A stretch of DNA of 23,008 nucleotides. It comes from Ramazzottius varieornatus. Lineage: Eukaryota > Animalia > Tardigrada. The position numbers and the translations under genes are program-made. This document shows, piece after piece, positions 1-9,074 of this stretch. The stretch lies in contig BDGG01000001.1 in assembly GCA_001949185.1 (NCBI GenBank), forward strand, positions 8,005,262-8,028,269, written 5' to 3'. Positions within the stretch are counted from its first letter, which is position 1. Each line of letters starts with the position of its first letter. The notes under the pieces were generated by a model. That model was not told the origin of the DNA and ran no database searches. It saw only the letters and a program-made list of their open reading frames with translations.

Positions 1-535
1 CAGTTTTCCTCGATCGGGCATCTTATTGGCTACCTCAGGAAAACCTACTGACCTGGAATCCGTTTACTAGAAGTTACAATTGACATTAAAGTAGCGGTCG
101 GGAAACGCAAAAATTGCACCAACTTTCAAAATTTTTGGGGGTGTTTTCGAAAATATTTTCTACAATTTCGGTTTAAATTTCTGCTGTTTTTTGGTTCACA
201 GTAAGTAGAACACAGACTGTTCTTTAGGGAAATTGGTCGAAAGTACCGATGTGCCGTTCAGGTCACGACCTGGAATTTCTTATAGAGGAGGGGGTTTACC
301 GGCAAAACGGTCGAATTTGTCGGATTTAATTCACTTGCCACGCTTGCAGGGCTTTGCTGCAGTCTCGTCTAATTTTATTTAACATCCTAAGTATCTGTTC
401 GCTTGTTGAAATCGAATTGAGGTTTTTACTCACGCCTGGAATTCCACAGAGCACGTTTTGTTCGTGATGATTAATGTTTCCCACCGGAAGTCGTATTAAC
501 CTGTTTTTCGGAACCATCTCTCAACTTATGTTATC
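1..535 (-). mobile_element. Truncated inverted copy of the 739-bp Tc1/mariner-type MITE at 22221-22959; runs off the window start and lacks the inner ~128 bp including one TIR
   Basis: 1-535 is the reverse complement of 22349-22883 (paired coordinates sum to 22884, no indels or mismatches seen). ORFs 326..517(-) and 22367..22558(+) give an identical 63-aa translation. Identity stops abruptly at 535/536. Confidence 0.9.
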
Positions 536-1184
536 TTTCCCGCCTGCTGCAACCGCTTTACTCACCGTCACCTCATAAGAGACTGTCATCTGGTTTCGAG
601 GATGTGGAGATGAACTATCCGGTCTTTCTGGCGGCTGCTTTCCTCGAAGGTTGCCCAGGTCATCTGGTGACGGCAATGCTACAGAGATTTGGGAGGAAAA
701 GATTCGTATGCACCACTGACGTTACTGTCGTTTATTTTCCCTTCGACTAGCTTCTTCAGCGTCGTTTCTTCGGGCTCCTTCTTCGTGGAATGCTTGGTGC
801 AAGTTTGGCCTTCAGCACTTGTTTAGCTAGGTTAGTCTTCACTGCGGTTGTGAGGTTATGCTCCTTGATCTCTTTCAGCGGCTTTATGAGACCTACAACG
901 CTAAGAGTCATCAGATTGCACTACGCCGATTCGGGCTTCTTCTCGACCACACCGTTTATCTTCTGTTCCGTCAGGCCTGTCTCTGCTAGTATTCGTACTC
1001 CTTTCGGGATTCGGCGAAAGAGTTTGGTCGAAGCCTCGAGATGCTGTAGGACTTCATGAAACGGCTTGGATTCGATTCGTTGTTCGGAGGTGGAAGCAGA
1101 CGGTCGGCTCGCAGCCTTCCCCTTCTCTTCCTTTCTTGGTTGGCATGCCTGCGCATACCTCTGGCCGTGTGAAGCTCTCCACAC
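536..1184 (-). mobile_element. Degenerate fragment of a CRE-clade-like non-LTR retrotransposon ORF (region N-terminal to the RT domain)
   Basis: Minus-strand translation through one stop and two frameshifts gives LFRRIPKGVRILA..ESA*CNL..NLTTAVKTNL../LKKLVEGKINDSNVSGA/IRIFSSQISVALPSPDDLGNLRGKQPP. This matches, from recall, the colinear KRIP-x-G-x-R, W, SLTT-x-VK, K-x(3)-D-V-x-GA-V-R-x-L and L-x-x-KHP blocks that precede RT in invertebrate CRE-like elements. The RT domain itself is absent. Confidence 0.65.
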
Positions 1185-1630
1185 TGTGCATTTGACACGT
1201 TGGGTTCAGGCTGAGTTAACTTGTCGAACGATATCAGCGTTGCGTTCTAAAACACAAGGGAAGTCCGAGAGAAGCAGAATATCACTGTTACTACAGTGTA
1301 CAACATGCACCCTTAATAGTGCAGAATTCTGATTGACAGTTGTATCCACAAGACTACAGTGCTCGTGTGCAGCTCACTGCCCAATGAACCAATTACAGAT
1401 TTGCACTAATAGGGATGCCTTTTTGTACAATATAGAATCTCTTCAATCGACCTATATGATCTACGTAACAACCTACATTAAGAGAGTTAACGCCGAAAGG
1501 TGTTACACTGCCGTTGACGCCATTTCGGCATTTCCCTCATTACAGAATAGTAATGTGATTAGGTTGCCATGTGGATCCTGAGTAGTTTACAGTCTAAATT
1601 TATAGCTGGAGTCAGTCACTGTTTCACGAA

Positions 1631-2677
1631 GTGAGCACATCAGCTTTTTTCTTTCCACGTTCTTACCACGTTACCAGAGGTGCCTCTCGCCAAACGCCTT
1701 CGCCCGGCGTTGAAAGACGTTCGTCGCGCGGTCAGTGTGGATCGGGCCTTGGAGCTGTTCGCAGAACCCGGACGAGAAGACCGACAGGGAAGCCCAAGCC
1801 GTTTGGAGAATGGATCCAGAAGACTAGAAAGTGGATCTGGAAGACTGGAAAGACGGGGAACTGGTCCTCATCTACCCCAGTTGTCTACAGTGTCGGTTCG
1901 AAAAAGCCACCTCCTTCTGCTCGTTTCAACTTCCCCCCAGTCACTCCTACTGTTGACAAGTTGCGTCGACAAAAATCAGCCTACGTGGTTTTCCAGGATC
2001 TGGTTACTGATAGATATGTGCCTGATAACACCAAGCGCAAACAACCCGGTGACCCTAGTACAGGACACTTGGTGATCGTTGACTTGCCCTCCTGGCAAGA
2101 TGCGTTTCTGACTTTCTCTCTCTATCGGAGCTACTATTACCCCGATATGGCTTCACCTATCCTTGCCTATAGTGTCATTATCCGGGGGTTGGCTTTACGA
2201 AAGCCTGACGTGCGCTTTTGGTTGGAATATGACCAACGTTTCCGTCAAGAGATGTCATTGCCGGATTCTGATGTAACCGGGTGGTACCACGAGGACCGTG
2301 ATATCGTTAGGGCCGTTAAAAATAATTTCAAGCCAACTGCTACTACTACCACAGTTATACGCACCGTTGCTCGAGGTCCATACGCTGAGTGGATTCGCAC
2401 CGCTACCTGCCATATATGCAGCGAGAAGGGTCATATCGCAACAACATGCCCCAGCAAGAAAGAAGGTGTGAATAGATCTTCTAATAGATTTTCTAATATG
2501 AAATCTGATGGCTCTAATTCTAACTCTGATGGTAATCGACCTAAAGCTGTGGTCCTGGCTTGCAGTCGTTTCAACGAACCCGGTGGCTGCGCTGAACCAT
2601 GTTATCAGAACTATGCCCATAACTGTTCGCAATGCCTCAAACCCGGGCATACCAAGCTCACCCATCGCTACGCTTAG
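1631..2677 (+). CDS. gag: Gag-like ORF1 of the Ngaro/DIRS element (true start uncertain; the 5' part may lie in the overlapping 1680 frame)
   Basis: WLEYDQRFR motif (W-x-x-YD-x-x-FR typical of YR-retroelement ORF1), CCHC knuckle CHICSEKGHIATTC, and C-terminal CSRFN..C..C..H-x-C-x-x-C-x(3)-GH finger. Confidence 0.8.
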   Translation: MSTSAFFFPRSYHVTRGASRQTPSPGVERRSSRGQCGSGLGAVRRTRTRRPTGKPKPFGEWIQKTRKWIWKTGKTGNWSSSTPVVYSVGSKKPPPSARFNFPPVTPTVDKLRRQKSAYVVFQDLVTDRYVPDNTKRKQPGDPSTGHLVIVDLPSWQDAFLTFSLYRSYYYPDMASPILAYSVIIRGLALRKPDVRFWLEYDQRFRQEMSLPDSDVTGWYHEDRDIVRAVKNNFKPTATTTTVIRTVARGPYAEWIRTATCHICSEKGHIATTCPSKKEGVNRSSNRFSNMKSDGSNSNSDGNRPKAVVLACSRFNEPGGCAEPCYQNYAHNCSQCLKPGHTKLTHRYA

Positions 2678-3113
2678 TGTTCCATCTACTTCGCTAGCAC
2701 CCGTTCCTGTTACCACTCATCATTTTACTTCTGTTGAAATACCTGATAAAGCATATACCCCGTTGATACCAGAACGGTTTGTTCATGCCCTGAAGGATTA
2801 TCCCGACTCCGAATTTGCTGATTATTTCAACAATTTCACGCTTAGAATAACGCACATAAGCGGCGTCGATAATACATTGGCTGATGCTGTGTCTAGATTC
2901 GACAACGCGCGGTTCTTCGAAAATTATCCCAAGGCCAATACCGAGCCCATAATGGTAGACAACATCCTAGATTTTTTGCGGGAGATCATGCTAGAACCCG
3001 GAAACTGTTCGAACTCGATGCGAGATCGCGAGAGCTCGTCGGTAAGCGATTGGCTCCCTCTACCAGAAGAGGCTACCGAAATGGATTTGAGCGGTTTCGC
3101 TCTTTCTGTTTGA
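2508..3113 (+). pseudogene. Pol remnant: pre-RT N-terminus fused in frame to the RNase H C-terminus
   Basis: YTPLIPERFVHALKDYPDSEFADYF (typical start of Ngaro pol) is followed directly by NNFTLRITHISGVDNTLADAVSR (RNase H terminal HI-x-G-x-x-N-x-x-AD-x-x-SR). No YxDD motif is present. Junction at about 2825-2832. Confidence 0.85.
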
Positions 3114-4126
3114 GCCATCATCTCCCTTATCTCCCTACGGATCGCCAAACCATCAGACGGTTCGTTTCCTGGTTGGATAGCGAAGGGCTAAGCGGGAAAA
3201 CAGCGACAGTTTATGTAGCCGGCGTGCGTTGAGAACAACTGGAGCACGGTTTCGAAGATTCTAGTAAAAATGATTAATACCTCTCAATGCTGTTGAAAGG
3301 TCTAACCAACCAAACCCGTCCCGACGCGTACAAGAGAAAGCTTCTGACAATAGAGCATTTACGACAGCTCAAAGCTGACCTATTCGGATCTCTCATTCCT
3401 CGACACGACCAACTGATGCTTTGGTCGGCTTTCACCATGGCCTTCTACGGCATGTTACGTGTGTCCGAGTATACCAGTTCGAAGGAGACAAGTATTGACA
3501 AATCAAACCTTGTCCTGAATGACTTACAAATATCCTGCGATTCGGTCCAAATATGTTTGCGGCGAGATAAAACCCATCGCAAAACCGCACCTCCTGCAAT
3601 TTATCTAACAAAAACTCAAACGGATACTTGTCCCGTGCAAGCCCTTCACGCTTATATGCTGGTCAGATCTTCAGCAAGACATACACCATTATTCATTTTC
3701 CATGATGGATGCTCCCTAACTCGTCAACGAGTCAATCGTGAGCTACAATCCTTCTTGGGGAATGGCTTCACCTCTCATAGTTCCCGGATAGGAGCGGCTT
3801 CGACGGCTTCTAAAGCCGGATGCTCCATGGAGCAGATTAGGGCTATGGGCAGATGGAGTAGTGACGTTTCCAACCGTTATGTCCGACCAGATATGGTCTC
3901 CTTAACCCAGACTATGCAGCGAATCTCGGTGCTACCCACCCTTCGCCTGAGGTCCGTGTTTGGGGGCTGGGCGAAGGCTGGGAAAATGGTTTACACAATT
4001 GTGTATGTCTGCCCACCTTGGCAGTTTACCCTCATTGACCCCGACCATAGATTTGTTCACAAGAAATTTCAAGTAGATATACAATCCACCCATGTGTTAA
4101 TAGAAAGACTCCGGAATATATTCTAA
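3050..4126 (+). pseudogene. Tyrosine recombinase of the Ngaro element, interrupted by two in-frame stops (TGA 3230-3232, TAA 3275-3277)
   Basis: ORFs 3050..3232 and 3287..4126 are in the same frame. N-terminal APSTRRGY..F..FC..L...T...Y core-binding block; catalytic motifs GMLRVSE (R), DKT (K), CPV, HSSRIGAAS (HxxR), GRWSS (W) and RYVR (Y). Confidence 0.9.
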
Positions 4127-4604
4127 TCAGTTTCAGACATCTCCTCGTCCAGATAGACATGCTGACGTTTTCCCTGTCCTTCTGTTGGTCCGACATCAGC
4201 AAATGGCTTCTCTTCATAACACTGGGCCGCAGATCCAAAAGCATGCTGCAGCTATGTTCCATACATAACCAGGTCGCTGTAACCTGCGCTGTGTTGCACA
4301 ACTCTCACGCCCAGTGGCGAGGTAAGTGGTACATTGAAATGTTGCAACTGCGTTGCACGCTCATGAACTGTCGTATTTTATAGTCAGTGCTCAGCAGGAA
4401 AATCTGATGATCGGCATTCCGTTTTCCGCTCCGGTTCAAATCCCGCCTGGAAAATAGGACTTCCGTACCGTTCCAGCCGAGCCCGATTCGGAACGCTGGA
4501 ATTCGAGTCGGAAGTATAAGCATGAAACCGGAATTCCACTTGTGAACATCGGTTCTCCACTGCGAAATCCCAACTGTTTGCGAATAATTGGTGAACTGTG
4601 ATGC

Positions 4605-4708
4605 TTCATCAAGTTGGCGAACTGACGTCACACTAAATGCGGAGTTGACAGATATGATGTGGCATACAGCATATGCTCACTGTAACGTCAGTTCGCCAAG
4701 TTCATGAA
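4605..4708. repeat. 24-bp imperfect inverted repeat (hairpin) with 56-nt loop
   Basis: ttcatcaagttggcgaactgacgt (4605-4628) vs acgtcagttcgccaagttcatgaa (4685-4708): 22/24 complementary. Confidence 0.75.
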
Positions 4709-6990
4709 AAATTACAGTATTTCCACTCTGTGCGGGAGTTCGGCCAACAAACTAGACTTGGTGTTTTGCCAAGTAGCGCACGCTTTCAGTAGAACTGGCA
4801 AAGTCTGACTGAAAGCGTGCGCCACATGGAAACGAGCTTGCTGATGTTGTCGGCCGGGACTAGGCTGGGCTTTCGCCTGCTTTTTCGCCTTCTAAACTGC
4901 CATACTGGAATTCCGATTATTGAATTAACCGTTCTAGGAAACGGAAAATAGGACAACACGGAAGTTAGGAATGCCCATCCTGGAAAGAATCCCCCCTGAA
5001 CCACTGAACGGCTTGACAAAAGTGCTGAATAATGGTATTTCGTGGTGAATCATGAAAAACTGAATGATTTGATTTCTTGAATCGCTAAAATTCCAGTTGG
5101 TTTCCTTCTGTCTTTGATGGGTGACTGGCTTTCTGGCAAGCCAAGTAATGTTAAAGATCTTAACTACACTTTTGAATGCAGCTTTATCTCTATGCAAGAT
5201 CACTAATCAGCCAGGCTGGTTTTTCCAATGTTAGCGGGGTAGATAATGGATCATTAATTGGCCAGACTCCGTGAAACTCGTGCCCGACGGGCGAAATTTA
5301 CCCGTATGATGACGTGATTCGCGAAGTTCAAGAGGCACGACAGTACGACGAGCGACGCCCAGCTTTGTCCGTTTGCCGAACTGGCGACAACTTTGTCCCC
5401 TGATGGTTTCTCACTACCCTTCCGTTATCAAGATCCCAAAATAATCCTCCTAGTATGTTTGGACACTTTGCTCCATTTCTATCCAGCCAAAAGTGAGAAT
5501 AAGTAGAAGATCGTGACGGAACAAATTCCACAGTAGGAGTCGTTTGGGAATCTCGTTCGATATAGGGAACACGTTTTCGGCAGAAGGTACAACAAGCCGC
5601 GCCAATCAAACTACCTATGTGCCCAACCGAGCAGGAACACGCGTTTTCAAATGTCTGCCAAAGGCTGATGATGACGTAACACGATCGTTCTCTTTCAAAA
5701 TCGGAACGGCTAAAACTTTGTCCATTTCCGAACGAAAACGCTCCCTGCTCCCTGCTCCCTGCATGTACCACAGATCCTGTACTTCTGATGCTCCGCTACG
5801 ATGCTCCACTAGTTTTCTTTGCTTTTGTTGATCCCGTAAAGCTTTGAATTACCGTTCATTGCATTATCGCACTACCAAAGCATCTTTGAGCAAGTTAAAA
5901 CAGACTTTTGGTTCGGAGAATGTAATCTGCGTAAAATAGTAGTATGGCCGCAGCAAGGTGCGGTTGCGCTAATTGCGCTGAATCATTGCGCTTACCGACA
6001 ACTGCGCCGAAGAAGACAAAGCTACGGTTGTATCGGTTGAAAGCGATCACCAAACGTCGCTCAAGTCAATAGGGACACTACAGCTGAGAATTGTTTGAAG
6101 AATGTCATATTCTGTCCATGGACCATCGGGAAAGCCCCGGAGAGCAGTATTCAGATTTTCAAGCATCTGCTGAGTGGTCCAATGGCCTATATTTCCTTGC
6201 CAAAACTAGCGACCATTACCGGTTGATTGACTGAACTAGCGGCTTGCCCGTCACGTGACCCAAAATTTTACAGCTTGTTCTTCCTGATGGTGTTCGAATT
6301 GTGAAAATCGGACGACGGGTTCGAAAAATACGAGCAATCAAATGAAGACCACGGTCGAACGATGACCCGTGACCGTGACTGTAAGTAATCATGACAAACG
6401 GTTGCCGCCACCATGGAGACGGCAGGAAAATGCCCACTCCGCCAGTTCATCAGAACAAAAGACGAGGCGATTAGAAGCGCTGGAACCGACCAGCCTTTCG
6501 AATGAGCGTATGGCAGATACGCTAAAAAATAGTAAATCTTTGCACAAATATCAGTTTGACAACCAGAATTATAGTCTGAAACATAATCTCAAAAGTGATC
6601 ACAGAAAACCCCTTAATTCAAAACGGAAGTTTGCCGGTGTAGTTCCAGTATTCATTTGGTGTGAAAATTCTCGTAAACAAAACAAAATGAGGAATCGCTT
6701 TGGGAACTGTCTTTGAATGTCGTTCTCGCGTTTATAGTTAACTACCGTACTGTGTTTGCCTTACAGAGTACTTGCTGATCAGCATATACCCCATCTGTGT
6801 TTCTAACCAGCCTGTGTGCGTGGCCAATCTAAAGAAATACACCAAAAAAGATTACCTGAAACATCTAATTCCCGCCCTCGTGCCCTGTTTTGAAAGCATA
6901 AGCGCAGGCTGGCCGGAATAACCCTGGTACATTACACTAACCAACACAAAGAATTGTTGTGCAGTCTTACACTAGTCCAATTCTTCACTA

Positions 6991-7330
6991 CAAGGTAAAC
7001 GACATAATTCGGCCGTACCCCTTTTTGGGACGTAATTAGGACGGCGTAAAAAGTTTGAAAATTATCGTCAACGCTTGATTCATCTCTCATCGTACGCCTG
7101 TTGATACGAATTCAGGCTTTCTAACATTAGGCAGACCTCTCTTCGTCCCAAGGGCAGTTTCTTCAATCCTGAACATTTCCTCATCCTAAAACCTATCCAG
7201 AGCTCTGAGAGATAAGCTTGTCTACCTGGTAAGCGAAAAACCAAGTGAGTTGGTGCAGTGAAATCGGAAATATAACCCGTCCTAATTACGTCCCAAAACC
7301 GGATACGGCCGAACTATATCGTTTACATCG
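6991..7330. mobile_element. 340-bp MITE with 54-bp TIRs and TA target duplication (Tc1/mariner type)
   Basis: 6991-7044 vs reverse complement of 7277-7330 match at 47/54. TA lies at 6989-6990 and 7331-7332. No coding capacity. Confidence 0.85.
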
Positions 7331-7976
7331 TACGCTTTTTTTCTTTCTGTTTGCTTTTTGGTTCTAAATATTTTGGTACGTCACTTCTTTTCCGCGTCAT
7401 CACAACAAAACGTCCAAGTCAAGTCCACAAAAAGCCATCATTCAATTCGCCCTGCCCAACGGGCCTGGAGCCGTTATGAAAGACCCAACCAACTCGGCTG
7501 CAGAAACCCAGGTTTGTGTGTCAACAGCGGAAGATGCCGTCCGCCTCCGGCGCGCAGTCTGACCACCTGCGACTCAAGTTGACACCTACCTGCAACAAAG
7601 AGGCCTGTAAACAGCAGTACCACCTTCCTGTTGCCGTAATCCCTACCTGCCGATGCGAAGACCACGACGCGCCACCTGGCATGCTGTGCACTAATGTCTC
7701 TTGAATCATCCTTAATGAGCACCCTCCCTTTTAGTCTTTTCTGACAGTTATTGCTGTCTTCTCCTATTTAGTTTTCTTTTTTCTTCTTTCTTCTTCTTCC
7801 ATCTGTTTTGATAGCAATTTGTTGTTCCAAAACAGAATATTCTGGTAATTCGGAGCGACGAGAGTTTGATCTGTCACTTATTTAATCTTGGCTGATGTTT
7901 TTGTGTTCGAACTCGAGCTGCAAGTGGTACATTTACATAGAAAACATAGGAAACAATAGAACTTAAGAGCACTGTG

Positions 7977-9074
7977 TTACATAGCAGCAGTCCAGCGAGG
8001 AGGAAAGTAATCTGCATGATCCACCAAGTTCTGGAGTTGACTGCCATTCCGAGGCCAGTTTCGAAAGTAGAAAACGGTCCTGTTTCGCGGATTAAGGTAA
8101 GCCGACCAAAAGCCAAAAGTTCCAACCGACAAAATTACGTGATCCATCAGGTTCATCACCGCCATATCAACATCTTCGGATACCGAAACAAATATAAAAT
8201 TATTCTGGTTGAGGAAAACCTTTTTACAGTAAGGAAGATCATTACTGACCACAACGAATAAAACAGCATCATAAGCGTCTCGCATTGATAGTGCGGCTCG
8301 TAGGAGGTATTCTTCGGTTGCCGGAGTGTGACCGTGGTCTTTGTTTCCGCCATACAATATGTCTCCTCTTCTTACATGAACACCGATGAGCACTGGCAAT
8401 GCTTGTATTCGCTTCAGCCGTGACGTTTTTGCTGGCACTATTAGTGCTAGCTCAGACATACCTTTCGATATTGCGTCTAATGCTTCATCGAACGTGTTCT
8501 TGCGGAAAGTGAACCCGGTGATGATGTCGGCCTTCATATGATGGAAGTACTTCCATGATTGTAAGTAGCCTGTCAGGGACACTGTGCGGTTGCCGGCGGT
8601 TGCACTCAGATTTTCCGTTCTTGCGTTATATTTACAGCAGGTTGCTTCTCCCAATTGTGTCAGATTAGCAAGCGTTGGATCTACTGGTAAGTTTAGTCCT
8701 TCGAAGTATCTCAGCCTGGCGTCCTTTGATAGAAGAACTACGTTTCGTTCATTTCTTTTTGCTACTCCCATGGTCGATGCTAGCTCAAAAAGAAAGTTCC
8801 CCAGGCCACCTTGGGCTCCCTGCAGTGTTATGGATAGGCGATTAGGAGCTGCACGGAGCACAGATTCTTGTTGTGTTCTCCGATACTCGATCGCTCTTTC
8901 CAGGCGTGTTTTCACATCGCGTTCCAAGCGAGAGATTGTGATTTCTCTGACTAGCGTTGCGAAAAACCACATAGACTCACTGAGCCGGGTATTCTCGATT
9001 CCGCAGCGCAGCACCCGGGCTAAACCCTTCAACAAAAACGATATCACTGTAGTAGAGGCCGGAAAGCGAAACAA
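7977..9074 (-). CDS. Galactoside alpha-1,2-fucosyltransferase-like protein, CAZy GT11 (stem and catalytic exon; 5' end uncertain, probably spliced)
   Basis: GGLGNFLFELAS (motif I), GYLQSWKYF, GVHVRRGD (GDP-fucose-binding HxRRxD), DMAVMNLMDHVILSVGTFGFWSAYL, and terminal DYFPPRW. Uninterrupted frame; the ORF begins at TTG, not ATG. Confidence 0.93.
   Translation of the reverse strand: MFRFPASTTVISFLLKGLARVLRCGIENTRLSESMWFFATLVREITISRLERDVKTRLERAIEYRRTQQESVLRAAPNRLSITLQGAQGGLGNFLFELASTMGVAKRNERNVVLLSKDARLRYFEGLNLPVDPTLANLTQLGEATCCKYNARTENLSATAGNRTVSLTGYLQSWKYFHHMKADIITGFTFRKNTFDEALDAISKGMSELALIVPAKTSRLKRIQALPVLIGVHVRRGDILYGGNKDHGHTPATEEYLLRAALSMRDAYDAVLFVVVSNDLPYCKKVFLNQNNFIFVSVSEDVDMAVMNLMDHVILSVGTFGFWSAYLNPRNRTVFYFRNWPRNGSQLQNLVDHADYFPPRWTAAM

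Larger units (their letters stand above)
1631..4126 (+). mobile_element. Non-autonomous Ngaro-type (DIRS order) tyrosine-recombinase retrotransposon with internal RT/RNase H deletion
   Basis: Three overlapping same-strand frames in the order gag, pol remnant, YR. No methyltransferase domain follows the RNase H end, which favours Ngaro over DIRS1/PAT. Terminal split direct repeats were not found, so boundaries are approximate. Confidence 0.88.

Noticed and set aside
326-517. 63-aa ORF duplicated at 22367..22558 as a real gene
   Set aside because: It lies within the MITE, so its duplication is explained by the repeat. No convincing domain.
3287-4126. Prophage or bacterial integrase
   Set aside because: Overlap with gag and RNase H remnants identifies it as the YR of a DIRS-order retroelement in eukaryotic DNA.
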